DNA from: Balanoglossus misakiensis
Lineage: Eukaryota; Animalia; Hemichordata
NCBI GenBank assembly: GCA_040954595.2
Contig: CM082582.2
Coordinates: 7,256,063-7,320,062 of the forward strand
Length of the DNA stretch: 64,000 nucleotides
Direction: 5' to 3'
The notes under the pieces were generated by a model, which saw nothing but the letters and a program-made list of their open reading frames with translations, did not search any database and was not told the DNA's origin. Positions 1-14,900 of this stretch are shown in pieces. Both the position numbers and the translations under genes were made by a program. Within the stretch, counting starts at the first letter, position 1, and each line of letters opens with the position of its first letter.

Positions 1-2944
1 GTCATTGGCACGCTGAGGGCAGCCAAGAAAACAGTGTGACAAGATGGTTCAGATTCCATGACATCGGAGAGCAACTGTGATTTCATTAGGGGAATGGATG
101 ACGTACAGTGTAGACCCTATATTACTTGAGCAACGAAGTTTAGCTGCATGGGTCAAACTTAGATTTTTTAAATCTTAATACAAGACAGGTATAACTCAGG
201 TTCGGGCGTGGATTTACACTGAACTTCAAGTGACATAATTCTATAAACATACCTGTGTTTGGTTTCGCTCTACTTGTGAAAAGATGCGCGCGTGGGCGCA
301 CCACTCTTGGGCGAGAGGTATTCAGTCACGCCAGTATCGTCCGCCCACGCTAGGGAAAAAAGAAACCAAAACGAATAATGTTGTGATTTTTTTTGTCAGA
401 TGGAGAAAGAACAGTAAAATTGCACGATATGAAACAAAGACTTCAGACAACGAGCAACACCTGGTATTTAAAGAATGCACATGGTATTTCTTGTTTCGGT
501 ATGACGAAGTCCGGGGGATGAGAGATTACAGGTATACGGTCACTCGTGCAAATTTAGCTATAAGCTAAGGTTCTAGCCACAGCATATCGCGAGTAGAGCA
601 TCTCGAACAACCAGATCGCTCCATTTGTACCATCGATATATTCGTACGATATAACAATCGATATTTTCATGCTTTATTGAATCCTTATTCTAACCTACAC
701 TTGGTATTTACTACATGTATGTATTCAGGCCCAGCCTAATTCTCCTGCGATCAACCCCCCGTCTTGTAACTGGTGCTGACATAAAATAAAGAAAATCTTC
801 CAAAGTTAAGAGAAGTTCTAAAACATAAAAATAGCAGCAAAGCCGTAAAAAACCTCGAGCTCTGCGGATTTCCACTTTTACTCTAAAATCGATGCCGATG
901 ATTCATTCCTGCGAAAATAGAATGGAACTCCATCGAAGTCCCTTTTATAGTGAGTGTATGTAACAGCTTACGCAAGTTCAGCAAAGGTAATCCTTCTTTC
1001 CGATTTTCAGGGAGGAAAGTACAAAAATGTTATGGACACGTGCACCATTTAAATTGATAAAATATAGGACATGAGGTAAATGATTTGATCATGATGCCAG
1101 CGGCATCGGCGGGCCATCTCACACCAGGATCTCCACGATTGGGGAGATGCGGTGCAGACATTTGCTACCCTACCAAGCAAGTGCAGTTCTGCTTTCACCG
1201 TGACGGTCACGGTTTTGGCGCTGATTGACCAGTGAATGCGCCTGTGCAGTGTAAAGTGGCGATTTTAGAGGTTGAGAGCTGACATCACTAGTAGAAGTGG
1301 GTCGCTGGATGGTCTTTGGCTGCACTTCGCCGTGTGCATACGTCAAGCATAGAGACAGGAACGAAATCAGAAACAATGTCCGTCATGCATGATTGGGTCC
1401 ACACACCTGAACTCAAAACTCAATAGTTGGGTCGGTTATTAAAAGTACCCGTGACCACAGCCACTGTGCCCTTGCCAAAATCACTGCCTACAGTTCGACG
1501 GGTTAAAAGTCGGGTCAGTGAACTATGTAACACTTATACCAGCGGCCCCTGGTCCCAGCTGCTCTGTCGGCCCAATGCGGACATTCCTGACGGAGGCGCG
1601 AAATCCAGGCCTGATGTGACAACTATGGATTTTGCTTTTAAAAAAATACATAACTTTATTGAGGATGCCCACGCCATGCTTTGTTTAATGTTCTAAGCTA
1701 TAAATCTTGTGGCCGGCTTCGTTTCAAAATAGCCTTTCCTTTCGACTCCTAGTCGGAGATACAATGATATAAATGTAGTCTCAGCACTGATGAAAAGCCT
1801 CATCTTTTGCAGAACCGAGTGAGATCTCTGTACGGGGCGACTTCCAAACGGGGTCAACGTCCTCTGTCGCACATACAGCGGAAAGTAAAGTGAACTACAT
1901 CATGTAAAAAAAACCCTTAGAGTGCGGCAATGAAAGACATTTGATTAACTCTCCCAAGGAAACCACTTTACCATGAATAATTGTCTGGTTTGGTAGCTGC
2001 CTCCGTCAGTTGTCTTTATTCTGCCTTTGTTTGTCAACTGAATCTAACAATCTCATTGGCACCACGAGACAAGACACCGCGGGCGTCAACAGCCGTAAAA
2101 AACACCAACCTACTTTCTGAAGCGTTTTATCGGCTGATAAGTTCAGTTATAAACTGTGTCACACCACATATCCCGTCTGCTACTGTTCTACTCAAAAAAA
2201 GAGTCGTGTCCCAGCCCCCAGGGGCGTTCCTGTTACTATTGTGTAGTAAAGGTGGTATTCGCGCACGTAGGCCGGCCATGCAGTCAGACGAAGCAACAGG
2301 TTGTGTTCGGTTTTTATGAGAGACGCGTGACTTTTCCGTCCAACAGAGCGCAACCATTGGTCCCAGGCACCAATTCTATCTCTGACCACGGCAGTAACCC
2401 CCTTCTGAGTGCTAAGTGCCAGTTAACCTGGCTGGGCTGTAAATCAGAAATCAGGACTAATAATTCGCCATTATTCTCCACATTTCGGTTTGTTCTAAAA
2501 TTGTCTATGACAAACGCTACATGGCAAGGCCGCCTATATAGTGGAGAAAAACAGTCGAAACAACGGGCCCCAAATTTAATATCACTGCTTTGTAATGGAC
2601 AATGGAGTGTCGATTTTCAATTTCGATATTTAGAGCAAGATGAGATTATTGTTCAAGATTGGTGGGGTCGGTATACGGTATACAATATTCCCATAACTAT
2701 AATACTGGATTCATCTTGATCAGATACGACAGGCACTTCACGCTCATGCTATCTGTCCGACTTGACCGACAATAGCCTTCATTAAGCCCAATGAATACTA
2801 GATGTATTTTTCGTATGGGTCGTTCACCTATCCACATTCCCTCTATCATGTGATAGAGGGACTGTGACCTATTATTACACAATTAAGTGCCTCGTTTTCC
2901 TAGAAACAGACATAGACAGAGGGAAACAGAGACACAAACATACA

Positions 2945-3024
2945 TGATAGATAGATAGGTGGATGGATGGGGTGGGTGGGTGGGTGGATGGATAGGTGGG
3001 TGGATGGATGGATGGATGGATGGA
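2945..3024. repeat. Compound tetranucleotide microsatellite (GATA/GGAT/GGGT)
   Basis: Directly visible. Confidence 0.9.
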
Positions 3025-4708
3025 TTATCGGACATTTTGGTCAAGCAATCTTTTGTCCCCAAATGTCATCAGCACAACATCCTATGCACAGAAAGATTCA
3101 AACAATGGTGCAAACAATAGCGTTGTAACTGCCCTTCGTGTGAAATTCGTGCGGTCCAATTGTACATGTTACATGTTAATTGTTTGTCACGCAACTCTAA
3201 TGTTACAGCCGCCTCAAGCCAACGTATCAGTGCTGGGAGAAAATTTTGACCGTTTTTTCGGAGGTTTCGTGTTCTGGCGGGAGTGGAGTTTTGTTTGGAC
3301 GGCGGTTGTTGTACTGGTCGCATCCTGGAGTAAAAGGCCTGGGCAGTATATTACCCTTTCGCTGTGTGATTGGGTAACATCTCCTTCGCTGGAGTGAATC
3401 ACCCTCCATTGTTACAGAGACGTGTATTGTTGATGATCGTGGTTCAGAAAAAACCGCAAGAATTGGGTTCTCACGAGAGTCGCTGTACCTTGTTAACAGA
3501 ATTCCTTGTTTATTCGTCGAGACCCGATCCACGGTTCAGTTGCAGCCGTGTTGTCAAACTTGAAAGTTTGCCATATTGGTATAAGATGCAATATGAAGAA
3601 TGTCTCGTGCGATATGGAAGTTTGCACAAGTATACACAGACGAAGGGTTTACACGATATGGGTACACAGGTTGGGTACACAGGAAAGGGGCTGACGGGAT
3701 CTGGGTTCAGAGAAAGTTATAACCACACGCGAAAGTCACGGTTACAGCACAGAAATGTGTTTACAAAGGCTGGTTTATGTACTTCTGTGGAACTTTGCCA
3801 TTTGTGGACTTGTTTGCCGTTTCTGAAATTCAATGAATGCACAGTTATGATCCGCTCAAGTATTTGCCGACAAAAGTTGTAATAATGTTATGTCTTTAGG
3901 TCACCGACCAATGACAGTATACATGACAGATATTTGAAGAATACAGGAATATGAAAACAAAAAGACATGTTCACCCGTAAGTTTCCATGTAAAAATCGAA
4001 TAAACTCATAGTCATTTGGACAAAAGAATAATTTCTACATTTTACTCCTTAAATTTTCAATTGACTGAGTTTTAATCAGTGGCGTGGTGAGACCCTACCC
4101 CCTTACACATCAGGCAGTCCAAGTTTTAGGGAGCTAGAGTTACGTTAGGAAAATACCCAAGCAAGTTATGCAAAGACACAAGGGATATTCTTGGGGATTT
4201 CCTATCTGCAAAATTTCTTTTTAGTTGCAAACATCCGTTGCTGTACATGTGTATCATATCATTGCTTTACTAGAAAACAGGATGTTGACATTTTTTTATC
4301 TTGTTTGTTTCTGCAACTGTGTGTTTTTACACGAATTCAGCGCTTTAAACTTTATCCTCAAATTTATTTGGTCATTTATTCGCTCGTTCCAATAGACCAA
4401 GCTAGATAGCCGAGGGCGTTGGTGACTTTTGCCTTACTATATTAAATTCATTTTCCCATTAGTCCCGGGCATCGACCCGACTGGTTGTATGTGGAGCCGG
4501 GTACAGTGTCAACTTGCTTGTCAGATAAGAGTGTAATAAACCGATTGCATTTTTCATTAGCAGGGATAAACGAAAGAATGTTTAACACTATTCCGAGAAT
4601 TTGCGTGTAAGGCCGTTGATCTCAGCGGTTAGTCAACCTCTGCTCACGTACCTGTTTAAACAGCCATATTAAATATCTTGAGATGCTAAGGGGTTCACAA
4701 CATTCAAA

Positions 4709-5831
4709 ATGGCGGCCGAGAGGAAGATTTCGGAAGGGATGGATCATATCCAAAAAGCTGAGAAATAGTGAGTTGTTCGTCTGTTCTCGCCCAAAGCGTA
4801 AATTAAACATTCTAGTTTGATATAGATGAGTTGAAGATACTAAAATAACAACCTTGCAATAAACGGTCGCCGTAATATCGAACTTCAGTGGCCTGGTACA
4901 TGGTCAAACTTCAAAGTTGACCAATCGTTGAAAATCGCAATGACTTGGAAATGGTTATGAAATGTGACAATGTTGGCCGGGAAGCCTATGTACCGTATCA
5001 TGGTTTTGCCGATCAACTTTACCGGCCAGGCAAAACCTCGAATGCAGCACTTCTCAGCTACTGCTGCTGGTCGAGGAGGCATGAAAATCAGTTGACACGC
5101 CCCCTTTTACCCTTGGACTTCTACTACTAAACTAGTCCACTGGCACTCGGTATACTGTAGTAGCCATAACAACGGCATGGGTATGGGGGAGCCTGACAAC
5201 TCTCCTTAGCCTGAGCACAGTCCCTCTATGACAGGGACTGTGTCCTGAGGCTGTATCGCACTGACTTGATAATTGTGCTTCATGATACTGGGTTAGTGAC
5301 ATAAAGCATTAGAAAGAGAGAGTGGAGAAAACTAAACAGCTTGTACTTGTAAGAATCCCTCACCAAATGATCTATTCATGACAGACAGAGACCAAGGCTT
5401 TCCTTTTATAAAAGAGGTGATTAATAGTCCAAATTTGAACAACACACTTTTGGTTCACACAGGAATTTGCTGTTGGGTTTCTGTACACTGGTACAGTGTA
5501 TATTTATCCTTAATCCTATGCCCATTCAAGGGTTATAATTTTGTGCCAGTACTTACAGGGGTACAGCAGGTCAATGCCCTTGGCTTTGTTGGTATCAAGA
5601 TTGTATTGATTTTTAAGCTTTATTGTGTGACTGGAGGTTGTGTACACTCCTTCCTATTTTGACCAACTTCACAGATTAATTTTGAGACAGTCATACTCCC
5701 TACACAGGGACAAAGGAAGCATTCACTGGAAATAATCTTTATTATCCCTCCCATACAGAGTTTTATAGTCTGGGCTTTGACCTGGCATGATCTGAAGAGG
5801 TCAATGTCCTGCTAATTTTTATCAGGAGCCC

Positions 5832-5862
<31 letters not shown>

Positions 5863-8800
5863 ACAATCCATAAATGTAAAGGTCAGCTTTGGGATACTTA
5901 TGTAGAAAATGGCATCTAGCAATATGTCCATATGAATGTGACAATCAGAATGTATTGGAATTCTAAGAATCGTGAGGGATGATAACACATTGTGATTGTC
6001 TTCTTTTGTTCTTGAAAGCTTCAAAGTACAGCTGTTATGTTATTGTTAGACACAGCAGTACTTCAAGTTCATGGACACTATACACCTCATTTACATGGAT
6101 AGTACTGACTTGTGTCCTCACCAACTGAAGATATTTTTCCTTTTATTTTTTGCCGACAGTTTGAAAACATCCCTTTTCAAGTGGAAGCCAGATTTCGACA
6201 GTGCTGCAGATGAATTCAACAAAGCTGGTAAGAAACAGTTGAGGGTCACCATGCTCTGTGAGCATCTGAGTTTCATGAGGACAAGGTCAAGGGTGTACAC
6301 GCAAGAAAATGATATTTTCTGTGGCAAAATGGACGTGATCTGTTTCGATCTCTACTTTGGACTGATATGCTGTTTGAAGATGAGACGTGTGGTCTCCCAG
6401 AAATCTTCACGTTGGTTTAATATGAACAAGATAAACTCATTCCAGAATTTGTTTCTGGACAATCTCCAGCGTTTTAAACCTCATTGCTTTGTCCATGTTT
6501 GAACTAACCTATCTGTTGAATGAGCGATGTTGAGATGATACCCAAGGATGCGAAATTGAGATGCACACATCCGTTGTTCCCATTGGCAAGACTCCAAATG
6601 TTCACTATTGGTATTTCATACTGGGCCAGATAGCTTTGTGTCTATATAGAAATGTTCAATAATTTAGCTGACTTTTTATGCAAGCATCTTTAATAGAGTG
6701 TAGATTACACTACAATTTGCACTGTCAGTGATACATGTTTATAATGGGACTCAAAAGAGCATCACTTGGTCTGTTCATCAGATTAATTCTATCCTCGCTT
6801 GCAGGAACCTGTTTCAAGAATGCCAAGTCCTACGACCAAGCCAAGATGGCCTACTTGAGATCGGCCCAGGCACTGCAAAATCACAAAGCGTATCCTTGAC
6901 AGCCAGGCATGTTATGGCATATTTTCTGCGTGTAAGATAAACACGTGGGTCTTGGTTGGTTAGAGTAAGTAAAATGCAGTGTGTTGACTGTTTCAGCTCA
7001 AAGAATCCAGGATCAAAACAGAGCACGGTGAACCTCTACTGTTTCTTTAGTCTCAGGGGCTATTATCATAAGCTGGGTTCACATTAGGCACTTTAAGTCG
7101 GCCCTGTATTGACGTGGGTTTTAAATCTGTTGAAAATAACTAATGTGAAGATACTACATCAGACCCGAGCCAGACTACGATGTAATTTGGCCTTGGAATA
7201 GACAGGGGTTAAGTTTGGCCTGAAAGTGTATTGGAGACGTCTGTTGCTAGTCTTGGTCCAAGACACTTCATTACACCAGACCCAAGTCAGGCAATGACTT
7301 CAAATTTTTACACCCAAGTGAATGCGTGTGGATGCAGACCGAATCTCAACTGATGAGAAACATGTCCAGGTACTAGATTGTACGGGTATGCACTACCGGT
7401 GATGTGAACAAACTTTAGATTTATAGCTGAGCGTTAAATTTACTTTTTACTACCAGGACAGATAAAAGGGGACAGACATTTATGTTCCCAACCCCAATGA
7501 ACCCACAAAGTCCTCGCCATTACGCCAGCTCCTTTTCAGTCTAATGGGCATTACTTTATCGACCCTTTCTCTTGCACAGGAAGTGCCTAAAATTTCTTTT
7601 TATTGCCGGTAAATTTACTGCGGAGCGCAAAAATGGGCTGCCCCCGCTCAACAGGCAATCACTTCCAAAGAATTCACTCTTCAATTCCAGGGAAATTTAC
7701 AGGAATCCAAATAATTGGAGATCGATGGGAAAATGATGATAAATTTGGTGCCTGTCACGTATCACCGCAGTGAATGTGACATTCCGAAAAAGATTAGATA
7801 TTCTCGGAAGAGAGAGAGGGTGAGAGAGAGACCCCCCACCCACACAGACACACACCAAGAGTGTGATTTTTACACTGCCATTAAAATTTAACGACATTCT
7901 TCTGTGTCCTTAGGTTTTCTTCTCCGGGAAAGATACACCACGCAGTGTCATGACATGTCAGTGATATTTGTTTTCTAGTCTACACTGCACGGCCACAGTG
8001 AAAAGAGTACTCACTACACGAAAATTCTGTAGAATCTCTGACCAGGCAAATACGACAATTAAGATTCACAGTCATGTTTTCTCTTTCCATGCAAGATCAT
8101 ATTCATAATGTATGAATCACACAAACTTTTTTTGGATCGAAAATCTTGTCTAACCGTATTTAATTTTGTACAGAGTCTTTCCTCATCAGAGATTTTCTTG
8201 ACCCAAACAACGAGATCGAGTCACCCATATATAGCAATTAGCAGACGCATAATATGATGTATGCATGCACAGAAACCAGAGCCATGAGTAGCTACATGTA
8301 TTATAAAAAAGTAATGTTGTGGGTATCTGTCTGTTGATAGTAGACCTTAACCAGTGTTTTCAGTTTATTCCATGCTGCCAAGGCCTACGAGAATGCTGCA
8401 ATGATGTTGAAGGTAACGATAAAACTTTGTTTTATTTTCATTGGCAGATAACAGAATTCTGTCATTGTGGCGAGGGAAAGGAAATGCTTGCTAAATTCCT
8501 GCTTGTAGCTCATTGGTTATGTCATAATGATAGTAACATATGGTTAGGAGATTGAACCCAAGATATTCCAAATTTGGGAAATGTACCACTTGTAAATAAT
8601 TTATAGCATTGAGGGATGGATCTGTTAACGACAACGATAATGCTATGCTAATCAGTGTTGTTAATTGGCTTTTTGGATGGGCCAGGAAAACAACAGCTGG
8701 GCAAAGCACTTGAAATTAGCGCATAACTGTTTATAAGGCTTTTATTTTTCATGCATTTTTGAATAATTTAGTGAGTTCACTGACATCACGACTAATGAAA

Positions 8801-8870
8801 TATCATCTGGTTGAATATTTTATGGTGGTGGTGGTGGTGACGATGATGATGATGATGACGATGATGATGG

Positions 8871-8922
<52 letters not shown>

Positions 8923-11900
8923 AGTGGTGGTGGTGGTGGTAGCAGAACGACCTCTGCACAGAGGAATTTCCCTCAGAGTATTGAATATTACTGTCACTCA
9001 GCAAACTTCTGAAAGTACAGCAGATATATACACAGTTCTGTCATCACTGTACATGCTTCTTCAAATTCAACAAAAAGTGTTGGCCTTTGGTTCACCTTGA
9101 TATTCTATACAGCCGGCGATGAGCTGTTGATGACACAATCTTGAGAAGGTTGTTGTTTGGTCAAGGTATGCGATTATTGTTACGCAAAGTGAGGTCGTGT
9201 TGGGTCAGTTCCTTTGCTGTATGGCTCAAGGTTGTGAGATCATGTCAGTAGTACATTCAAGAAAATGTAGATGAAACTTGAGTTAAATTTGGACATATGC
9301 AAGCTATTCGAACAGGCTGGAAATACCTGTCTATCATCAATACCATCAACACACCGTCACCATCATTGTTATCACAATCAGTGCGATCATCACCATCATT
9401 TACAGTGCTCTCCCCAGTGCCTTTTAGTTTTACAAAAGTGGTACACTTATCTTCTGCAAAATCAAGAATCAAACGTCAAAAATAGACATGCAGAAAGATT
9501 TGTGAGTTCCTGTCCTCTAATGAGACAAATCAGAGAAAAACGACACTGCAGCTGATGTCGTGCAATGTATCATCTGCCTTCAGAAATAACAGCATGAGTC
9601 ATATCTGTAAATCAAATATGAAATGAACGTTGGAAAATAAATGATATTTTTAGTCCAAACCTTCCCCATCTCCACCCAGGTTTTGATCCAAAGACCTGTT
9701 TTGATCCAAAGACTCATGAATTACAGCTGAAAACAATGGCTGAGATACCAAATTATTACGAGTATGATTTAAGGTGTCTTCAAGTTACGGTGTGATTTAT
9801 TCAATACCGGGGCAGTCTCTGATGTCAAGCCAAATAAATTATATTTAAAATAGTATGTAAGAGATTATTTTTCCTACTGCAATAAATATAGTTCAGACTT
9901 CTTCTACTCATAAAAGTAAATGCAACAGAACAAACTGTAACTGACCTGAAGTTATCCCAAATTGTGACTAAAAATCCATAACATTTGGCATATACATGAG
10001 CCTATGGAGCATATACATTGGCTGGCCAGGGGTATATACTTCCTCAAGTTATTTTGTCTTTCTGTCTGTGTGTTTTTTTTACCCAGGAGATGAAAAACCT
10101 GGATGGCGCTGCAGAACTCATGGAGAAAGCAGCCACCATGTACAGAGAACATGGCACTCCAGACACTGCGGCGCTCACTTTAGAAAAAGCTGCAAAGTAA
10201 GTGAAATAGATGGATGATGGAATCCCATAGGACGCTTGCAGGGCTCTTGTACAATGAAAACTCAAAGAGTAATTGAAACGGTTAAAGCTGCAATATCTGC
10301 CATTTTTGGCATAAGTTTAATAATTTTACTTCCCTTCAAACTTGGATTGGTCAATCTAAATAGGCTGACTGATAGGTACACACAAACATATTATCAACCT
10401 CTGATTGAACCAGTTGATAAATGGGTGCCACACCAGTTAATTCAGTCCGCCATTGCTAGGGTACCCAACTACCATGGTATGCACACACAGGTACTAGAAT
10501 CTCCTCAAATCCAAAATGGTGGCATCTGTCAACTGAGGATAAGGAGAACATGTATTTTGTCGATTCAAAAATGTCCTAAAAGTGGCAGGTATCGGGGCTT
10601 TAACCTGACAGGCCTAATATGCAAAATGTACGGGTCAGTTACAGTGCATCTGATACGAGTCTCATCAGCGTTGTGGCGAATTGACCACTTTGACACCCTT
10701 TACTGATACAGCAAGTAAAATAAGCCAATACATTTTTGGCTTATCTGAGTGGTTTAAATGGCCATAAAACTGATAAGAGTGGGGTGCTCCTTCACGTGAA
10801 TGGGGTTCATGTCAGACATATTAACCAGTTTTATGCCTATGTATGCTCACGATATGGACAGGCGAATCTCTTGAGTAGAGCTGGACTAGTTTGGTCGGGA
10901 CTCAAATTTGAGTCGGTGTGAAATTGTAGTGGGGAAAAGTCATGGCTGCCCTGTTCTTAATTGGAGCTCCCGTTAGAATGACTCTTGAATTTGGGAAGAC
11001 ATTGCCAATTTCACAAGCCCTTTAATAGCCAGGCTCTGATTTTGAATAAAAAGTGTAAGTGTGGATGCAGACCAAAATCTAACCCCCACAGGATATTTTT
11101 TAATCATGACATTTTTTTTTGCCGATCACAGAATGATTGAAACAGTGAAACCAGCAAGAGCAGTGGAGCTATATGAACATGCGTGTGAAGTAGTGGAGGT
11201 ATGTGTTGCTTACTGTACACCGATAAACTCTGATCAGAGCTGCCAGGGGTTTGCAAGCAGTTCCTGTGTCAAAATTTGTATTAACAAAAAACTAAGAAAA
11301 CCTAAATTCGTAACTTGGTTTTATAAAAACCACATCCCTAAATATGTGTTTTATTTTGGAATGAATAAGTGAAACATTCTCTACCATAAAAACATTGGTT
11401 AATGCTGAGTCCGTGATTTGTGTTCCAAGCCAAAGAATAGTAACATTCTGCAGAAGTAACAAATCTGTGACTTTGATCGCACGTGCATGCCAAAAGACGA
11501 ATTTCTTTTATCCGTCTGTTTTCAGCTTGAAGACAGGCCGAGACAGGCTGTGAATTCGCTAAGCTCTGCTGCGAAACTACTCGTCCGAATGAAGGAGTAC
11601 GACAAGGCCGTGTCGGTGCTGAAGAGAGAGCGAGCCATGTACGAAGACATGGAGAATTTTGCGTCTGTCAATAGGAACGTGGTGTACACGGGGTTGGTTC
11701 ACGTGCACCGGGGCGACTATGTGGCCGCTGACCAACTCTTACAGCACGGAATGAGGTAAATGAAAGATGTGTGCCGTGGGTTTGGGGAACTTCGACATGT
11801 ACTGTAAAACACTTTATTTTCGGGAGCAATTAATTTTCGCCAAATACGCGAGAGCCAAAATAAAAAGTAGCGTAAATTGTTTTTGAAGATAACGATGCAG

Positions 11901-14900
11901 TGAATGAAATAAGAGAACGGGAAAATTAATACTCGCAAAACAGTGGCCTCTCTCGATATCGCGAAAAATTTAACTCGCGAAAATAAAGTATTTTACAGTA
12001 GCTGATTCTGTTACTTTGTTTATAAAGGCTGCTCCTCTCCATCTTTTATGTATTTTTATTATTTATTTTTTTGCAATGAAAAACAAGTGGCAATGTTTTG
12101 TGAACAGGCTACTCAGATAAAACTTGTTGTTTGCTGTCTTCAGATTTAAAAAAAATAATATACCTGCCTGGTTAAGAGTGCAAAGAGAACATTGCATTTG
12201 GTCAATACAAACAAATTGTCTTGTGGTAAGTATACATGGTATGTTGATACAGTAGGAACTGGGTCATCAACAATGACTTGCTGATGCAAATGAAATTGTC
12301 TGTTTTTCTCAATTTGGGGCCCAAACCCATTTGTGATCAAATGAATGAGTACGGTCAATCTGATGTCACTGGTCCCTCTAGTGTGTGTTCAAAAGACTAA
12401 GCATGTGCATTGTTACAGAATTATACACGAATAATTTGGCATCCAGCCAAAGGTAGAATGCTTCAATCTCTCAGGTATAAAACACACACATGCGTGCATT
12501 GGACGTGATTTGCTATGGTCTGCAGGTCTTGCAAAATATTTCAGAAAAAATGTTGGAAGAGTCATGTGTATTTTTTTTCAGAGGTGATTGCCAGTTGGCT
12601 GTGGTGTTGAAAGGAAGTTTTCAGTAGCAGCTATTCAACATCGCCTGACTTCTCTCTCATCAGCGCAGTGTCAAACGAAGGGCAGTGTGACACGAACTCT
12701 GGAAACATTGACCCACTTTTAATATTGCTCTGCGTCTTGACCCCCCGCAGTCGAAACAAAAAATCACGCTGTGAACCGGCTGCACGGAAAAATCTGAACG
12801 CCGGAATCGTGTTCTGCTGACCTTTAAATTGTATCACAGCCGCCAGTTAATATCCAGTCCAAGATCCAGAAATTGATTATCTGACAATCCCCCCCCCTCT
12901 CCCCCAAAGAGATTGATTGCTGTGAACTGTGTTCGACCTTGCAAAAAGCCAAGTAGTTTTCTCGCGCGTTCCCCGATAGCCTGCGAAGTGCATCGACACC
13001 ACCAACAAGTGCAAATCTAGAGCTCGCCCTCTTCAAACAAGAGTCGCATAATTTCGGATATGGCAAACAAACACCAAAGTCGAAAACTGAACTCTAGCCA
13101 GGATGCCAGATAACGAGTGGTAAACTATTCATGCAGGCAGGCCAACAGGGGAAATTGTCCTTGGCAGAGGGTTCAGTGAGGTCACTGACTGGGCCAATGC
13201 TTGGTGCGACCGCCCGAATGCCAGGCGCTTGGACGTTCTATACCACCATTGAAGGTCATGTTTTGCATCAGAAGAGAAAGTCCCACCAGACCCATCCTTC
13301 TTTTTCATTTTTTTTTGGTTGTTGACATTATCAAGGGGGACTTTGCATGCATGCACGCTTGGCCGGGATTCCACCATCTGGTTTATTTATTCCTTATCTC
13401 TTTATCTCGTCTTCGCATTTGTCACCTAAAGTAGGCCATCAAACAGAAGAGAGATTGTGAGGATCTTGAAGTTCTGCACAGGACATTGACTCTGGATCAG
13501 CATTTCTATTCACAATGAGAACCTCGTCCCAGGGTTCCTGTGAAAACGTTTTGTGCACCAAACTTTTGCCATTTTGAGCGTTGAAATGCAAGTTTGCCCT
13601 CGCCCTGTCTTTAAAGCTGTAATGTCTCCAAAATGAAGTCCTGGATTTTAATTGTTGTAACGAAACAGTACAGTTTGTTTTTCAATCACGTGTATTATTA
13701 TTAGTCTTTGAGATATCGCCGATTAGACTGTCTGAGTTGACTTGTGTCTGGAGTGCAAAGTATCGGCCCGATAACTTCACCTGGTAATCCCTTGGGGTTA
13801 AGATGACCAATTGACCCTTTTTTTCAGTTTGATAGGGAGACCATTTACCCGTTTTCACTGGTAGAGTGGCCGATTAAAACAGAGAAGTGTCCCTGGCTTG
13901 ACATAGATGAGTAGTAAGGCACTGGTATGGTCAGCTAACTTTGTGCATGCTTTCAAGATGTCGTCCTGTAGCTGTGCCCCAAAGAGTGTTTTGGATTTCC
14001 ACCGTTATACAATGTGATTGAATATAGCGAGAGGGATATTGGTTTAGGGTTATAAAATAGAAGCAAATGCGTGAGCGAAGTTGCATTTTAGAAAATCTAA
14101 ATTAGGTACATTGCATTCAGTTGAATGATGTACTCTCTCCTGGACTGATGGTGTCAAAGGTGAAAGATTTTACACCACGTATCTTTCAACATACTGATTG
14201 ATTATTTGCTTGTCAACACGTGCACATGCCAATTAAATGACTGGCAGTTTCGGTAACTGATTCGATTGCGCTGTGCAGTGGTCCTCATAGTTGTGGTTTT
14301 TCGCGAGGAATTCCGTGGTCGTCAAAGTAGGTCAAGGGAGGCATATGTTGAGGCGAACTGACAGTTTTATCTGAAGGTCGTTTTTTTTCCGGATGCAGCC
14401 GAAAAGGGCGAGCGGCCGTAACAGGAGAGCGCTGCCACAATGCAATGTCCAAGCGTTGGAGATACTAGTCATTCCTTTATCAGTGTCTGTTTTGTGTGTA
14501 GTCTGTACTTTGTGCGAAGTGTTGTGTGCATGGATGGTCAGGTATCATACACATCTCAGGACAGATTTTTAGAAAAACACCAGTCCTCCAGACCTTCCGA
14601 TATTTGGGAAGTCTTTTTTGAAAACAAGGAAGAAACCAGTGGGTGTTCACTGCCTTGTTTCCGTAAAAATCACGACTTCAATTTTTCTCCGTAGAGTTGA
14701 ACACAGAGATTGGCGGCCATTTTGAATTTCAAATTTGAGACGATTTGACTCTGGTTCATAATTTTGCACAGTGATGCTTGAAATGTTATCGAATGTTGTG
14801 ATGCCAAGTACATGGACCAGAAAAGAATTACAAAGTGCCAGACGACGAATTTCATACTTTGAGGAAAACTTTCTCACACTTTTTGAGGATATTTTGTCTT

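Noticed and set aside
2156-3882. Long ORFs of 187, 133 and 170 aa (also 16979-17602 and 21739-22257)
   Set aside because: No recognisable domains, no coherent splice-phase partners, mostly non-ATG starts; consistent with chance ORFs.
7070-7420. Possible Harbinger-like MITE (GGGTTCACAT...ATGTGAAC)
   Set aside because: Terminal inverted match is only about 8 bp with no clear target duplication; not supportable without a repeat library.
8759-9100. Poly-Met/His/Ile ORFs (also 20032-20427 and the ORFs at 22140-22548)
   Set aside because: They are translations of microsatellites inside NAPG introns.
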